A DNA stretch of 64,000 nt from the NCBI GenBank assembly GCA_965203515.1, contig OZ241907.1, forward strand, positions 1,216,001 through 1,280,000. The letters run 5' to 3'. Source of the stretch: Spirochaetia bacterium. Lineage in GTDB: Bacteria > Spirochaetota > Spirochaetia > SZUA-6 > Bin103. The translations under genes and the position numbers were made by a program. A model generated the notes under the pieces. It worked only from the letters and a program-made list of their open reading frames with translations, was not told the origin of the DNA and did not search any database. Below, in pieces: positions 20,776 through 30,923 of the stretch. Position 1 is the stretch's first letter. Each line of letters starts with the position of its first letter.

Positions 20776-22629
20776 ATGGCGAACGAAGCTGAGCGGCAGC
20801 GGCTGTACCGGGTGCGCCACAGTCTGGCGCACGTGATGGCGCAGGCGGTGGTCGAACGCTACCCGGATGCGAAGATGGGTATCGGCCCTCCCATCGACAC
20901 GGGGTTCTACTACGACTTCGACCTGGGTGCGGGCGAAGACGGCCGGCCGCGCTCCTTCACCGCCGAAGACGTCGAGCGGATCGAGCGGCGCATGCGGCAG
21001 ATCATCGGCGGGCGCTACCCGTTCGAGTACCGCACGCTGAGCGCCCGGGAAGCGCGCGCCCGGTTCGCCGATCAGCCCTACAAGCTGGAGATGATCGACG
21101 CGATCCTGGCCGGCGGCGCCGACGAGTACGGACAGGACCGGGCGGGGCCGGATCAGGGGGACCACGCCGGGGACGGCGCCGCCGCGCCGGTTCTCAGCAC
21201 CTACCGCCAGAGCGATTTCGAGGACCTCTGCCGCGGACCGCACGTCGAGCACACCGGGCAGATCCCGGCCGACGCCTTCGCGCTGCAGAGCGTGGCCGGC
21301 GCCTATTGGCGCGGCGACGAGCGCAACCCGATGCTGCAGCGCATCTACGGCACCGCCTGGCTGCGCAAGCAGGACCTGCGCGCGCACCTGCAGATGCTGG
21401 AGGAGGCCAAGAAACGCGACCACCGCCGCCTCGGCCGCGACCTGGAGCTGTTCGCCTTCGACGACGAGGTGGGTCCGGGGCTGCCGCTCTGGCTGCCGCG
21501 CGGCGCGGTGCTGATCGAGGAGCTGGAGAAGCTCGCCAAGGAGGTCGAGTTCGCCGCCGGCTACGACCGCGTATGCACGCCGCACCTGGCCAAGGAGGCG
21601 TTGTTTCGGCGCAGCGGCCACCTGCCCTACTACGCCGAGAGCATGTATCCGCCCATGCAGACGGAGGGCATCTCCTACTACGTCAAACCGATGAACTGCC
21701 CCTTCCACCACAAGATCTTCGCCGAACGGCCGCGCAGCTACCGCGACCTGCCGATGCGCCTGGCCGAGTACGGCACCTGCTACCGCTACGAGCAATCGGG
21801 CGAGCTGTACGGCCTGATGCGGGTGCGCTCGATCCAGCAGAACGACGCCCACATCTACTGCGCCGAGGAGCAGTTCGAGGAGGAGTTCCTGGCGGTCGTC
21901 GACATGTACCTGGGCTACTTCGAGTTGCTGGGCATCGACCGCTACGGCATGCGGCTGAGCACCCACCACGAGCGCGGCCTGGGCAAGAAGTACGTGGACG
22001 ACCCGCGCCTCTGGCGCAAGACCGAGGAGATGGTGCGGCGAGCGATGCAGCGCTCCGGCGTGCCTTACGAGGAGGTCGCCGACGAAGCGGCCTTCTACGG
22101 CCCCAAGATCGACGTGCAGGTGTGGGGCGCCGCCGGCCGTGAGTTCAGCCTGGCCACCAATCAGGTCGACTTTGCGGTGCCGCCGCGCTTCGACCTGTCG
22201 TTCGTCAACCGCGACGGCCGGGACGAAACGCCGCTGTGCATCCACCGCGCGCCGCTCGGGTCGCACGAACGGTTCATCGGCTTCCTGATCGAGCACTTCG
22301 CCGGCAGCTTCCCGGTGTGGCTGGCGCCCGAGCAGGTGCGCGTGGTGCCGGTCCGATCGGACCACCTCGACGCCGCCGGAGCGCTGGCCGCCGCCCTGCG
22401 CAAGTTCGGCATCCGCGCGCAGGCCGACCTGGGCGCCGATCGCATGAACCGCAAGATCCGCGAGGCGCAGATGATGAAGGTCCCCTACATGGCCGTGATC
22501 GGCGACCGGGAGGCAGCCGAAGGCACCGTGGCGCTGCGCACCCGCGCCGGCGCGCGGGAGACGCTTGCCCGGCAGGCGTTCATCGACCGCGTCCGGGACC
22601 GCATCGCCAGCCGCTCGCGCGAGCTGTGA
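20776..22629 (+). CDS. thrS: Threonine--tRNA ligase (no N-terminal TGS domain)
   Basis: RHSLAHVMAQAV, DLCRGPH, LQRIYGTAW, RDHRRLG, KPMNCPFH, AFYGPKID, HRAPLGSHERF. Confidence 0.98.
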   Translation: MANEAERQRLYRVRHSLAHVMAQAVVERYPDAKMGIGPPIDTGFYYDFDLGAGEDGRPRSFTAEDVERIERRMRQIIGGRYPFEYRTLSAREARARFADQPYKLEMIDAILAGGADEYGQDRAGPDQGDHAGDGAAAPVLSTYRQSDFEDLCRGPHVEHTGQIPADAFALQSVAGAYWRGDERNPMLQRIYGTAWLRKQDLRAHLQMLEEAKKRDHRRLGRDLELFAFDDEVGPGLPLWLPRGAVLIEELEKLAKEVEFAAGYDRVCTPHLAKEALFRRSGHLPYYAESMYPPMQTEGISYYVKPMNCPFHHKIFAERPRSYRDLPMRLAEYGTCYRYEQSGELYGLMRVRSIQQNDAHIYCAEEQFEEEFLAVVDMYLGYFELLGIDRYGMRLSTHHERGLGKKYVDDPRLWRKTEEMVRRAMQRSGVPYEEVADEAAFYGPKIDVQVWGAAGREFSLATNQVDFAVPPRFDLSFVNRDGRDETPLCIHRAPLGSHERFIGFLIEHFAGSFPVWLAPEQVRVVPVRSDHLDAAGALAAALRKFGIRAQADLGADRMNRKIREAQMMKVPYMAVIGDREAAEGTVALRTRAGARETLARQAFIDRVRDRIASRSREL

Positions 22630-22695
22630 CGCCGGCCAGGGATGGCGCCGGCGGGGATGGCGCCGGCCGCACGATTGTGGTATCCTCCGTTCGCA

Positions 22696-22769
22696 GGGCA
22701 ATTAGCTCAGCTGGATAGAGCGCTGGCCTCCGGAGCCAGAGGTCGTGGGTTCGAATCCCGCATTGCCCG
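22696..22769 (+). tRNA. tRNA-Arg (anticodon CCG), CCA not encoded
   Basis: Acceptor GGGCAAT/ATTGCCC, D-arm AGCTCAGCTGGATAGAGC, anticodon arm CTGGC-CTCCGGA-GCCAG, T-loop TTCGAAT; upstream extended -10 TGG-TATCCT. Confidence 0.97.
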
Positions 22770-22783
22770 TCACGCGATGCCCG

Positions 22784-23701
22784 TTACGCGGTCGTCGGTG
22801 CTCCGAATACCCGCCGGACCGTTGCCCGCACCGCCTCGCGCGCCGCTCCCTCGAGCGACCGGCGGGGCCGGCGCAGGCGGGCGTTGGGCACCAGCCCGTG
22901 CAGTTCCATGGCCGCCTTGACGCTCTCCAGCCAGCCGTGCTCGACGGCCACCGGCAGCCACCGGTCCTCGTACCGCTCGACCATCCCCCACGCCGCCTCC
23001 ACCTCACCGGCCTGCAGGTGCCCGTAGAACCGCAGCGCCAGGTCGGGACGAAAGGGAGCCACGGTGCAGAGCCAGGCGGCGCCGCCCAGCGGATGGCCGA
23101 ACATGAAGTTGCGCATCTGGCCGCCGCTGATCACCGCGAAGCGCTCGTCGGCAGTGGCGCGCAGCAGGTCGTAGTAGGCGTAGAACGGATCGCCGTCGTT
23201 CTTGATCCCGACCACTTCGTCGCGGGCCGCCAGCTCGCGCACGGCCGCGATCGGATACGGGTCGGGCCACGCTCCCCACAGCAGCAGCGGGATGCCGGCC
23301 GCGCCGCGGATGGCGTCGAAGTAGCCGACCAGCACCTCCCGCTCCTGGCCGAGCCACGGATTGATCTGCACCTTGACCGCGTCGGCGCCGGCCGCATCGG
23401 CGTGCCGCAGGAACCGCCGACACTCGTCGATGCTCCAGTAGCCGGTCGACGTCACGAACAGCGACCGGCCGGCCACGGTGCGCGCGAACAGCTCGGTGAG
23501 CTTCCAGATCTCCTCGGCCGAAAGGGCGGCGAACTCGCTGCTGCCGTAGGTCAGCAGCACGACCGGAACCCGCTGCTCGCACAGCCAGTCGACGTAGCGG
23601 CGCATCGCGTCGTAGTCGATCGAATCGTCGGCCGCGAAGCAGACGTTGACCGGGACCACCGGCCCCTTGAGCCGATCGACGACCCCGGCGGCGCGGCTCA
23701 C
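22784..23701 (-). CDS. Dihydrodipicolinate synthase/NAL family aldolase
   Basis: DDSIDYDAMRRYVDWL, GSSEFAALS, AGADAV, Schiff-base Lys in VGIKND. Confidence 0.88.
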   Translation of the reverse strand: MSRAAGVVDRLKGPVVPVNVCFAADDSIDYDAMRRYVDWLCEQRVPVVLLTYGSSEFAALSAEEIWKLTELFARTVAGRSLFVTSTGYWSIDECRRFLRHADAAGADAVKVQINPWLGQEREVLVGYFDAIRGAAGIPLLLWGAWPDPYPIAAVRELAARDEVVGIKNDGDPFYAYYDLLRATADERFAVISGGQMRNFMFGHPLGGAAWLCTVAPFRPDLALRFYGHLQAGEVEAAWGMVERYEDRWLPVAVEHGWLESVKAAMELHGLVPNARLRRPRRSLEGAAREAVRATVRRVFGAPTTA

Positions 23702-24072
23702 GACCGCCCTTCCGCGGCGTCGGCGGCGCGGTAGTGGAACAGCATGCGCACCGGCTCCTCGATCTCCCACGTACAGCGGCTGCCGGCGCGAATCAGAATC
23801 GCCTGCCCGGCGCGGTAGGTGGCGCTGCGGCCGTCCTGATCGGTGATGCGCGCGCGCCCCGCGATCAGATAGATCGTCTCGTCGCCGGCATACCGGGACC
23901 GGAACGAGCCGGCCGTGCAGGTCCACACGGCGATCCAGGTCCGGTCATCGGCAGCGCGGTAGAGATCCCGCGACGCCATCCGCGGCTGCCCGGCGATGAT
24001 CTGCTCGGCAGGCATCCGCCACGGCTCCAGGTCGTCGGTCATCACGTCCAGCACCGGGATCGGCGTTCCCAT
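23698..24072 (-). CDS. Cupin domain protein (DUF861/EutQ-like)
   Basis: VWTCTAGSF..DETIYLIAGRARITD..CTWEI. Confidence 0.85.
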   Translation of the reverse strand: MGTPIPVLDVMTDDLEPWRMPAEQIIAGQPRMASRDLYRAADDRTWIAVWTCTAGSFRSRYAGDETIYLIAGRARITDQDGRSATYRAGQAILIRAGSRCTWEIEEPVRMLFHYRAADAAEGRS

Positions 24073-24200
24073 GACGCGCCATTGTCCACGGCGCGGCGCG
24101 GAATGGCAATGGGGCCGTGCCATGGTTCGCGATCCGCGTCGTGCCGGTGCGGGCCGCCGCCATTGGACGGGCCGCCGCGGCGCGCCTATGATGCCGTGCC

Positions 24201-25214
24201 GTGGCGGTCATGCCCTCGACCCGGAAGGCCGGAGCGGCTTCCGCCCGGGGGAGGCCGGCGCTGGCGGCCGCCGGCCTCGGCGCGCGGCTTGCGCGTTACA
24301 AGTACTTCTACCTGCTGCTGCTGCCGGCGATTCTGTTCTACTTCATCTTCAACTACATCCCCATGTACGGGATCGTGCTGGCGTTCAAGCACTACCGGTT
24401 CAACATGCCCAGCGCGCTCGGCAACCTGCCGATCGTCAGCTACGTCGGTCAGATCATGAACATGGAGTGGGTGGGGCTGCAGTGGTTCGAGATGCTGTGG
24501 GGCAGGCCCGACTTCCGGCGGGCCTTCACCAACACCCTGCTCATCAGCTTCTACCGCATCCTGTTCGGATTCCCCGCGCCGATCATCCTGGCGCTGCTGA
24601 TGAACGAAGTGCAGCGCAACGGCGTCAAGCGCGTGTATCAAACCGTCTACACCTTCCCCCACTTCCTGTCCTGGGTACTGGTCGCCGGCGTGCTGATCGG
24701 CATCCTCAGCACCAATGGCGCGCTCAATCAGCTGGTCGTGAAGCTCGGCGGTGAACGGACCCCGTTTCTGACCGACACCTCCCTGTTCCGGGGACTGCTG
24801 GTGAGTACGGAGATCTGGAAGAGCGTCGGCTGGGGATCGATCATCTTCCTTGCGGCGATCGCCGGCATCGATCCGCAGCTCTACGAGGCGGCGACCATCG
24901 ACGGGGCCGGCCGCTGGAAGAGCATGCTGCACATCACGTGGCCGGGCATCACCACGACCGCCGTGATCCTCCTGATCCTGCAGGTGGGAAACATCCTCAA
25001 CGCGGGTTTCGATCAGGTCCTCAACATGATGAACCCCGCCGTGTACGAGGTCGGCGACATCATCGACACCTATGTCTTCAGGATGTCCTTCTGGGACTCG
25101 AAGAACTTCGGCTTCACCACCGCCGTGGGCCTCTTCAAGTCGGTCATCAACTTCACGCTCCTGGTGGCCGCCAATCAGGGCGCCCGGTTGCTCGGCCAAC
25201 ACGGACTGTTCTAG
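24201..25214 (+). CDS. Carbohydrate ABC permease (LplB-like)
   Basis: YIPMYGIVLAFK, PHFLSWV, IDPQLYEAATIDGAGR, TAVGLFKSV. Confidence 0.93.
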   Translation: MAVMPSTRKAGAASARGRPALAAAGLGARLARYKYFYLLLLPAILFYFIFNYIPMYGIVLAFKHYRFNMPSALGNLPIVSYVGQIMNMEWVGLQWFEMLWGRPDFRRAFTNTLLISFYRILFGFPAPIILALLMNEVQRNGVKRVYQTVYTFPHFLSWVLVAGVLIGILSTNGALNQLVVKLGGERTPFLTDTSLFRGLLVSTEIWKSVGWGSIIFLAAIAGIDPQLYEAATIDGAGRWKSMLHITWPGITTTAVILLILQVGNILNAGFDQVLNMMNPAVYEVGDIIDTYVFRMSFWDSKNFGFTTAVGLFKSVINFTLLVAANQGARLLGQHGLF

Positions 25215-25226
25215 GTACGCCCGGCC

Positions 25227-26177
25227 GTGTCGGACCGATTGATCGGCGTCGACCGCCAGCCGCTTGGCGGCTCTTTCCGGGAACGGCCAAGAGCGTATGC
25301 CCGCAGACGGAGCGCCGGCGGGCGCGTTGCCGATCTGCTCGTGCACGGCGTGCTGCTGCTGCTGGTGGTGCTCACGATCATACCGTTCTACTACATGCTG
25401 GTGCTCTCGCTCGCCCGCTTCGAGGACGTCGCCGGCGGCGCCTTCTACCTCATCCCCCGACACATCGACTTCGCCTCCTACGCATTGATCTTCGAGGATG
25501 ACACGATACCGCGGGCGTTTCTGGTCAGCACCGCGGTCACCGTCGTCGGCACCGCCGTGAGCATGCTGGTCACCACCTCGGCCGCATACGCGCTGTCCAA
25601 GAAGGGCCTGCCCGGACGCAACGCCATCTTCACCTACATCATCATCACCATGTTCTTCTCCGGCGGCCTCATCCCCTCCTACCTGGTGATGAAGGACCTG
25701 GGGTTCGTCGACAGCTACCTGGTGATGATCCTGCCGCTCTCCCTCAACACCTTCTTCCTCATCCTCATGAAGAACTATTTCCTGACCATTCCCGAATCCC
25801 TGGAGGAGTCGGCGAAGATCGACGGGGCGAACGACATCCTCATCATGATCCGCATCGTGATACCGATCGCCGCCCCGATCATGGCGACGATCTCGCTCTT
25901 CTATGCGGTCGCCTTCTGGAACGACTGGTTCTTCCCGATGCTCTTCCTGCAGGATCCCGACAAGTACCCGCTGCAGCTCCTGCTGCGCAAGATCGTCGTG
26001 GAGCAGGAGATGGCGAACCGTCTGGATCGCGTGTCGGTGATGTTCGGCCGGCACTATTACCGGCTGTCCGTACAGATGGCCACGGTCGCGGTGGCGACGC
26101 TGCCGATCCTCCTCGTGTATCCCTTCGTGCAAAAGTATTTTGCCAGAGGGATCATGATCGGAGCGATCAAGGCATAG
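25227..26177 (+). CDS. Carbohydrate ABC permease (LplC-like)
   Basis: MFFSGGLIPSY, IPESLEESAKIDGAN, PFVQKYFARGIMIGAIK. Confidence 0.93.
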   Translation: MSDRLIGVDRQPLGGSFRERPRAYARRRSAGGRVADLLVHGVLLLLVVLTIIPFYYMLVLSLARFEDVAGGAFYLIPRHIDFASYALIFEDDTIPRAFLVSTAVTVVGTAVSMLVTTSAAYALSKKGLPGRNAIFTYIIITMFFSGGLIPSYLVMKDLGFVDSYLVMILPLSLNTFFLILMKNYFLTIPESLEESAKIDGANDILIMIRIVIPIAAPIMATISLFYAVAFWNDWFFPMLFLQDPDKYPLQLLLRKIVVEQEMANRLDRVSVMFGRHYYRLSVQMATVAVATLPILLVYPFVQKYFARGIMIGAIKA

Positions 26178-26232
26178 CATGATCGACCTTATCCGGGCGC
26201 ATGCCCGGCAAAACACAAGGCAGGAGATTACG

Positions 26233-27852
26233 ATGAGAAGACTCATCAGGATGCTGGCGGCGGCGGTCGTACAGCTGACGGTAGTTGCGGCGCTCGGCTT
26301 CGCGGAAGGCGCGCAGGAGCAGGCGGCCGGCGAACGGGTCGAGGTCACCCTGGGGAGCATCAACATCGGTGCGGCGTTCCCGGAGGGAGTCGAAGATCCG
26401 ATGCGCGACTACATCGAGGAGCGATTCAACATCACCTTGACGCCCAAGGACTACAACTGGGGCGACCTGGAGACCAAGATCAACACCTGGGCGGCTTCGG
26501 CGACCCTTCCCGACGTGTTCTTCATCGCCCACATCGGTACCGGCCGGTACTTTCAGTGGATCCAAGACGGGGTGGTCAGGGCCCTGCCGGAGGACCTGTC
26601 GGCCTGGCCGGACCTGGAGTGGACGGTCGACAACACCGGCGTGCGGGAGTACGACGTGGACGGACGGACCTACGCGCTGCCGAGAGGCGGGGCGAAGGTG
26701 CTTCCTTCCAGCCATCCGGAGCTGGCGACCTCCAACCTGTCGTGGGGCGGTCGGACGCTGTTCGTGCGCAAGGACTGGATGGAGAAGCTCGGCATCGATG
26801 ACCCGCAGACCGCCGAGGAGTTCATCGAGATGTGCGTGAGGTTTGCCACCGAAGACCCGGACGGCAACGGCGAGGACGACACCATGGGCTTCTCCTTGCG
26901 GGCGATCTGGCCGTTCCACAGTCAGACGTTCGGCTACGGATTCACCGACGGGGCATGGATCGAGGTGGACGGCGAGTACCACCTGGGCCACACCACCAGA
27001 GCGGCCTTCGAGCTGTTCGGCTTCCTGCGCGAGCTCTATCGGCGCGGCGGCCTGGACCCGGACTTCGTGTTGAATACCGGCGGGTTCGATTCCGTCGACC
27101 TGTTCGCGACCGACAAGGCCGGGCTCACGAACTTCCAGTCCGTGCCCGTGCACTACAACGGATTCGTGGAACGATGGAATCAGTTCAATCCGGACCGGCC
27201 GTTCTTCGACCACGTGAAGGTGCTGCGGCCGTTCCCGGTCGAAGGCTACGATTTCCACGCCATCGGGCGCGCCGGGGAGACCGGCTTCTGGTCGGAGAGC
27301 TACGTCGCCGGCACCGTCGACGACGAGAAGATGGACCGCATCCTCGACCTCTACGACTGGCTCTACAGCTCGGAAGGGACGATGACGGTCATGTTCGGGG
27401 TCGAGGGACAGGACTACCGGATGGACGGCGCCGACATCGTGCCGCTGAAGACCGATGCCGACGGCGCCATGCAGCTGGCGAGCGATCTCTATCCGATCAT
27501 GAGCGCCGCCGGCGGGTTCTCCTACCTGGCCAACTGGCCGGAAGACGCGGTGCAATACGTCAATCCGAAGTTCCCGGCGGAGGTGCGGAACGCGTCGATC
27601 GCGGAGATCGAGTGGTTCCACTCGGTCGGCGGCCGGGACACGCCGGCGATCGCGGCCGTGCAGGCGATCGACGTGCCCGAAAAGCAGAACCTGACCATCG
27701 ACGTCGGGGCCTCCTGGGCGCGCTTCATCCTGGACGATTCCGGGAAGTCGGACGAAGAGCTCTATCAGGAGATGATCGCCGAGTGGAACGCCAACGGCTA
27801 TGCGGACGCCGTGCGGGCGATCACCGCCAAGGCCAGGGAGATGGGCCTGTAG
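26233..27852 (+). CDS. Carbohydrate ABC extracellular solute-binding protein
   Basis: SD caggag; signal peptide ..GFAEGAQE; RKDWMEKLG, EF-hand-like DPDGNGEDDT, FGVEGQDY. Confidence 0.9.
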   Translation: MRRLIRMLAAAVVQLTVVAALGFAEGAQEQAAGERVEVTLGSINIGAAFPEGVEDPMRDYIEERFNITLTPKDYNWGDLETKINTWAASATLPDVFFIAHIGTGRYFQWIQDGVVRALPEDLSAWPDLEWTVDNTGVREYDVDGRTYALPRGGAKVLPSSHPELATSNLSWGGRTLFVRKDWMEKLGIDDPQTAEEFIEMCVRFATEDPDGNGEDDTMGFSLRAIWPFHSQTFGYGFTDGAWIEVDGEYHLGHTTRAAFELFGFLRELYRRGGLDPDFVLNTGGFDSVDLFATDKAGLTNFQSVPVHYNGFVERWNQFNPDRPFFDHVKVLRPFPVEGYDFHAIGRAGETGFWSESYVAGTVDDEKMDRILDLYDWLYSSEGTMTVMFGVEGQDYRMDGADIVPLKTDADGAMQLASDLYPIMSAAGGFSYLANWPEDAVQYVNPKFPAEVRNASIAEIEWFHSVGGRDTPAIAAVQAIDVPEKQNLTIDVGASWARFILDDSGKSDEELYQEMIAEWNANGYADAVRAITAKAREMGL

Positions 27853-27866
27853 GCAGATCCGCTTCC

Positions 27867-27895
27867 GTACCCGGGGGCGGCGCGCCCCCGGGTAC
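27867..27895 (+). terminator. Perfect 13-bp hairpin after the SBP gene (no U tract)
   Basis: gtacccgggggcg-gcg-cgcccccgggtac. Confidence 0.6.
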
Positions 27896-27947
27896 TCCTG
27901 ACGCGCGGGTTTGGGCAGGCCGGGACATCCGGTAGAATCGCCGCGTC

Positions 27948-28895
27948 ATGGCTTTCAAGTACTCCTTGCAGTGCGACACGCTGCCCTGGGTCGGATACAA
28001 CGTTCTCGAAGAGCCCGACGCGGTGCTCCGGGCGGCCAGGGAGGCCGGCTACGACGGCGTCGACCTGCCGGGCAATCCGCAGGCGATCGATGCCCGCGAA
28101 TGGCGCGCGCGCGTCGAGGATGCCGGTCTGGCGGTGCCGGAGGTGCTGGCCGCCTGGGGTTACTACCACGCGGGCGAGGAGCGCAACCTGGCCAGCACCG
28201 ATCCGGCCAAGCGGGCGCATGCGGTGCGGTACGCCATCGACACCGTCGATCTGGCGGCGGACCTGGGGGCGACCTTCACGGAGCTGTGCGCGGCGCAGCC
28301 GGCGGTTCCGCAGTTGCCGTTCCCGCTCGAGCCGGTGCGGACGCTGCGCGACAACTTCCGGCGGTCGATCCGGGAGGTCTGCGCGCACGCCGCGACGCGG
28401 GGCATCACCATCCTGCTGGAGCCGCTCAACACCTACGAGGGGCTCCCGGGGGTGCTGACCACCGTGTACGAGGCGGTCAACTACGTCGACGAGTTGGGGC
28501 TCGACAACCTCGGCGTGCAGCCGGACGTGTTCCACATGAACGTCGAGGAGGGCTCGATCCCGGACGCGCTGCGCTACGCGGGCTCGCGCATCGAGCATTT
28601 CCACCTCAACGAGACCAACCACTGCCAGCACGGCACCGGCCACGCGGACTATCAGGAGATATTCCGCATCCTCAAGGGGATCGGCTACGACGGCTACCTG
28701 TGCACGTACCTGCCGAAGACCACGCAGGCGGTCCTGCAGAGCGCGCCGGGCAATCCGTTCCTGCCGGACGGCATGTCCTCCGGCGGCGGGGCGCGGCCGG
28801 ACCTGGTCGAGGTCCTGACCGGCCTGCTCGGCTTCCTGCGAGAGACCGAGCGCGCGGTCGACCGGTCGCGCGCGTTCTACGAGGCCAGCGGCTAG
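27948..28895 (+). CDS. Sugar phosphate isomerase/epimerase (xylose isomerase-like TIM barrel)
   Basis: LLEPLNTYE, DVFHMNVEE, HFHLNETN, GTGHADY. Confidence 0.88.
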   Translation: MAFKYSLQCDTLPWVGYNVLEEPDAVLRAAREAGYDGVDLPGNPQAIDAREWRARVEDAGLAVPEVLAAWGYYHAGEERNLASTDPAKRAHAVRYAIDTVDLAADLGATFTELCAAQPAVPQLPFPLEPVRTLRDNFRRSIREVCAHAATRGITILLEPLNTYEGLPGVLTTVYEAVNYVDELGLDNLGVQPDVFHMNVEEGSIPDALRYAGSRIEHFHLNETNHCQHGTGHADYQEIFRILKGIGYDGYLCTYLPKTTQAVLQSAPGNPFLPDGMSSGGGARPDLVEVLTGLLGFLRETERAVDRSRAFYEASG

Positions 28896-28927
28896 GGAGC
28901 CGGCGGCTTTTGAGGCCGGCGGTTCGA

Positions 28928-29614
28928 TCAGGATGGCGGCGTGAGCGGACCCCACACCATCAGGTGCCGGTCCGACACCCGCTCGACGCGCAGGTGCGCC
29001 AAGCCGGCCGCGGCGAGCTGCGCGGCCACCTCCGCCGGGCGGTAGGCGGCCAGCAACGAGTGATGGAAGTCGCGCCGCAACGCCTCGGCCTCGTCCGCCG
29101 CATAGGCGCTCACCGTCGCCGCGGCATCCTCCGGCGTATCCGGGCGCAGCAGATCCATCACGAACAGGTGCGCGCGCGGCGACAGCCAGTCCTGCAGCAC
29201 CGCCCAGAGGTCGGCAGGGTCGCTCAGGTGGTGCAGCAAGCTGTTCGACAGGCCCAGGTCGTAGCCGCCGAGCCGGCGGGGACGCGGCGGCTCGACGCCG
29301 CCGGCCGCAATGCGCATGACGCGGAAGCGGATGCGGTGCGCGTCGGCGGCCGGCGTCGCCTGCCGCGCGTATTCGATCATCGGCGGCGACCCGTCGATGC
29401 CGTCGAAGCTCCAGCGCGGGCGAGCCGCGGCCAGCCGCCGCACGATGTCGCCCGGCCCGCAGCCCAGATCGACGCACGCCGCCGCCGGCGCGTCCGGCGC
29501 CCGGTCCAGCACCCAGGAACTGAACAGCGCGTTCGGTTCCTCGAAGTCCGCCTGCGCATAGGCGCGCACCTGTTCGGCGCCGGTCATCAGCTCGGGCTCC
29601 GGAACGCGTTGCAT
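28928..29614 (-). CDS. Class I SAM-dependent methyltransferase
   Basis: MQRVPEPELM, VDLGCGPG, SNSLLHHL, DLLRP. Confidence 0.9.
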   Translation of the reverse strand: MQRVPEPELMTGAEQVRAYAQADFEEPNALFSSWVLDRAPDAPAAACVDLGCGPGDIVRRLAAARPRWSFDGIDGSPPMIEYARQATPAADAHRIRFRVMRIAAGGVEPPRPRRLGGYDLGLSNSLLHHLSDPADLWAVLQDWLSPRAHLFVMDLLRPDTPEDAAATVSAYAADEAEALRRDFHHSLLAAYRPAEVAAQLAAAGLAHLRVERVSDRHLMVWGPLTPPS

Positions 29615-29640
29615 CGGCCCCTCGCTCCTCCCCTCGACCC

Positions 29641-30834
29641 TCAAGGCTCGAACGGATGGACGAACAGACCGCTGCGCAGCTTCGGCTCGATCCAGGTGCT
29701 CTTCGGCGGCATGACCGCGCCGGCATCGGCGACCGTCAGCATCTGATCGACCGTCGGCGGGAACAGCGAGAACCCGACCGAGGCGTTGCCGGCGTCGACC
29801 AGCCGGTCGAGGCGGGCGACGCTGTCGCGCCCGCCCACCGGGATGAACCGGTCGTCCGTGCGCGGGTCGCCCACGCCGAGCACCGGCGCCAGAACGGTCC
29901 GGTGCAGCCGCTCCGCATCGAGCGACGCGACCGGACCGCTGCCGGCCGGCCGCTCCAGATGGAGCTGGCGCCAGCCGGAACGGAGCCGTATCGCAAAGCT
30001 GCCGGCCCGCTCCGGTACCGGTTCCGCCGGCTGCACCAGCCGGCCCAGTTCGTCCAGGCGCCGCAGCAGCTCGCCCTCGCCGTACGGGCCCAGACCGCGG
30101 ATCGCCCGGTTGTACGCCAGGATGCGCAGCTCCTCGGCGGGGAAGAGCACTGCCGGGAAGTGCGCGGGCGCGCCCCCGGCCGCCGCCAATCGCGCCGCGG
30201 CGGCCGACCGATGATGGCCGTCGGCCACGTAGAGGCGCGGAACCTGCGCGAACGCGGCGACCAGAGCCGCCGCATCCGGCGCGCGCCATACCGAGTGGCG
30301 CACACCGTCGTCGGCGACGGCGGTCAGCAGCGGTTCGCCGCGGACCGAGCGGGCCAGCAACCCGCGCAGGTCGGCAGCGTCGCGAAAGGTGAGCAGTACC
30401 GGCTCCGGATGGGCGCCCAGGGCGCGCATGAGGCGCACGCGGTCATCCTCCTGCGCGGCGCGCGTGCGCTCGTGCGTGCGGATCAGTCCGGCGTCGTAGT
30501 CGGCGGCGCGCACGCAGGCGGCGACGCCGGTCTGCCGGTGGGCGCCGTCCTCCATCCGGTAGAGGTAGAGCGCCGGCGAGGGTTCCCGGACCAGGACGCG
30601 CCGCTCCTGCAGGTCGATCAGGTTGCGGCGCGCGCGCGCGTAGACCTGCGCGTCGCCGGCGTCGACGTCGTCGGGCAGGTCGACCTCGGCGCGCACCACG
30701 CGCAGGAAGTTGCGTCGGTCGCCGCGCGCCATGGCGGCGGCTTCGGCGCGGGTCGGCACGTCGAAGGGCGGCGAGACGACCGCCTGCGCCTGCTCCGGCG
30801 CGGGCAGCCATGGCCGGAACGGGACGATGGTCAT
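29641..30834 (-). CDS. DUF1015 family protein
   Basis: SPPFDV, HERT, YVADGHHRSAAA, MPPKSTWIEPKLRSGL. Confidence 0.9.
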   Translation of the reverse strand: MTIVPFRPWLPAPEQAQAVVSPPFDVPTRAEAAAMARGDRRNFLRVVRAEVDLPDDVDAGDAQVYARARRNLIDLQERRVLVREPSPALYLYRMEDGAHRQTGVAACVRAADYDAGLIRTHERTRAAQEDDRVRLMRALGAHPEPVLLTFRDAADLRGLLARSVRGEPLLTAVADDGVRHSVWRAPDAAALVAAFAQVPRLYVADGHHRSAAAARLAAAGGAPAHFPAVLFPAEELRILAYNRAIRGLGPYGEGELLRRLDELGRLVQPAEPVPERAGSFAIRLRSGWRQLHLERPAGSGPVASLDAERLHRTVLAPVLGVGDPRTDDRFIPVGGRDSVARLDRLVDAGNASVGFSLFPPTVDQMLTVADAGAVMPPKSTWIEPKLRSGLFVHPFEP

Positions 30835-30923
30835 GGATCGGTCCATGATGCCCGATCGGCAGCCGCCGGAACAGGGCGTCGGCGATCTCCGGCATACCGG
30901 ATCTCCGGCATAATGGCCGCGTC

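Noticed and set aside
24201..27852. Sugar ABC operons lacking an ATPase (also 59632-63187)
   Set aside because: Common for CUT1 systems, which share an MsmX/MsiK-type ATPase in trans.
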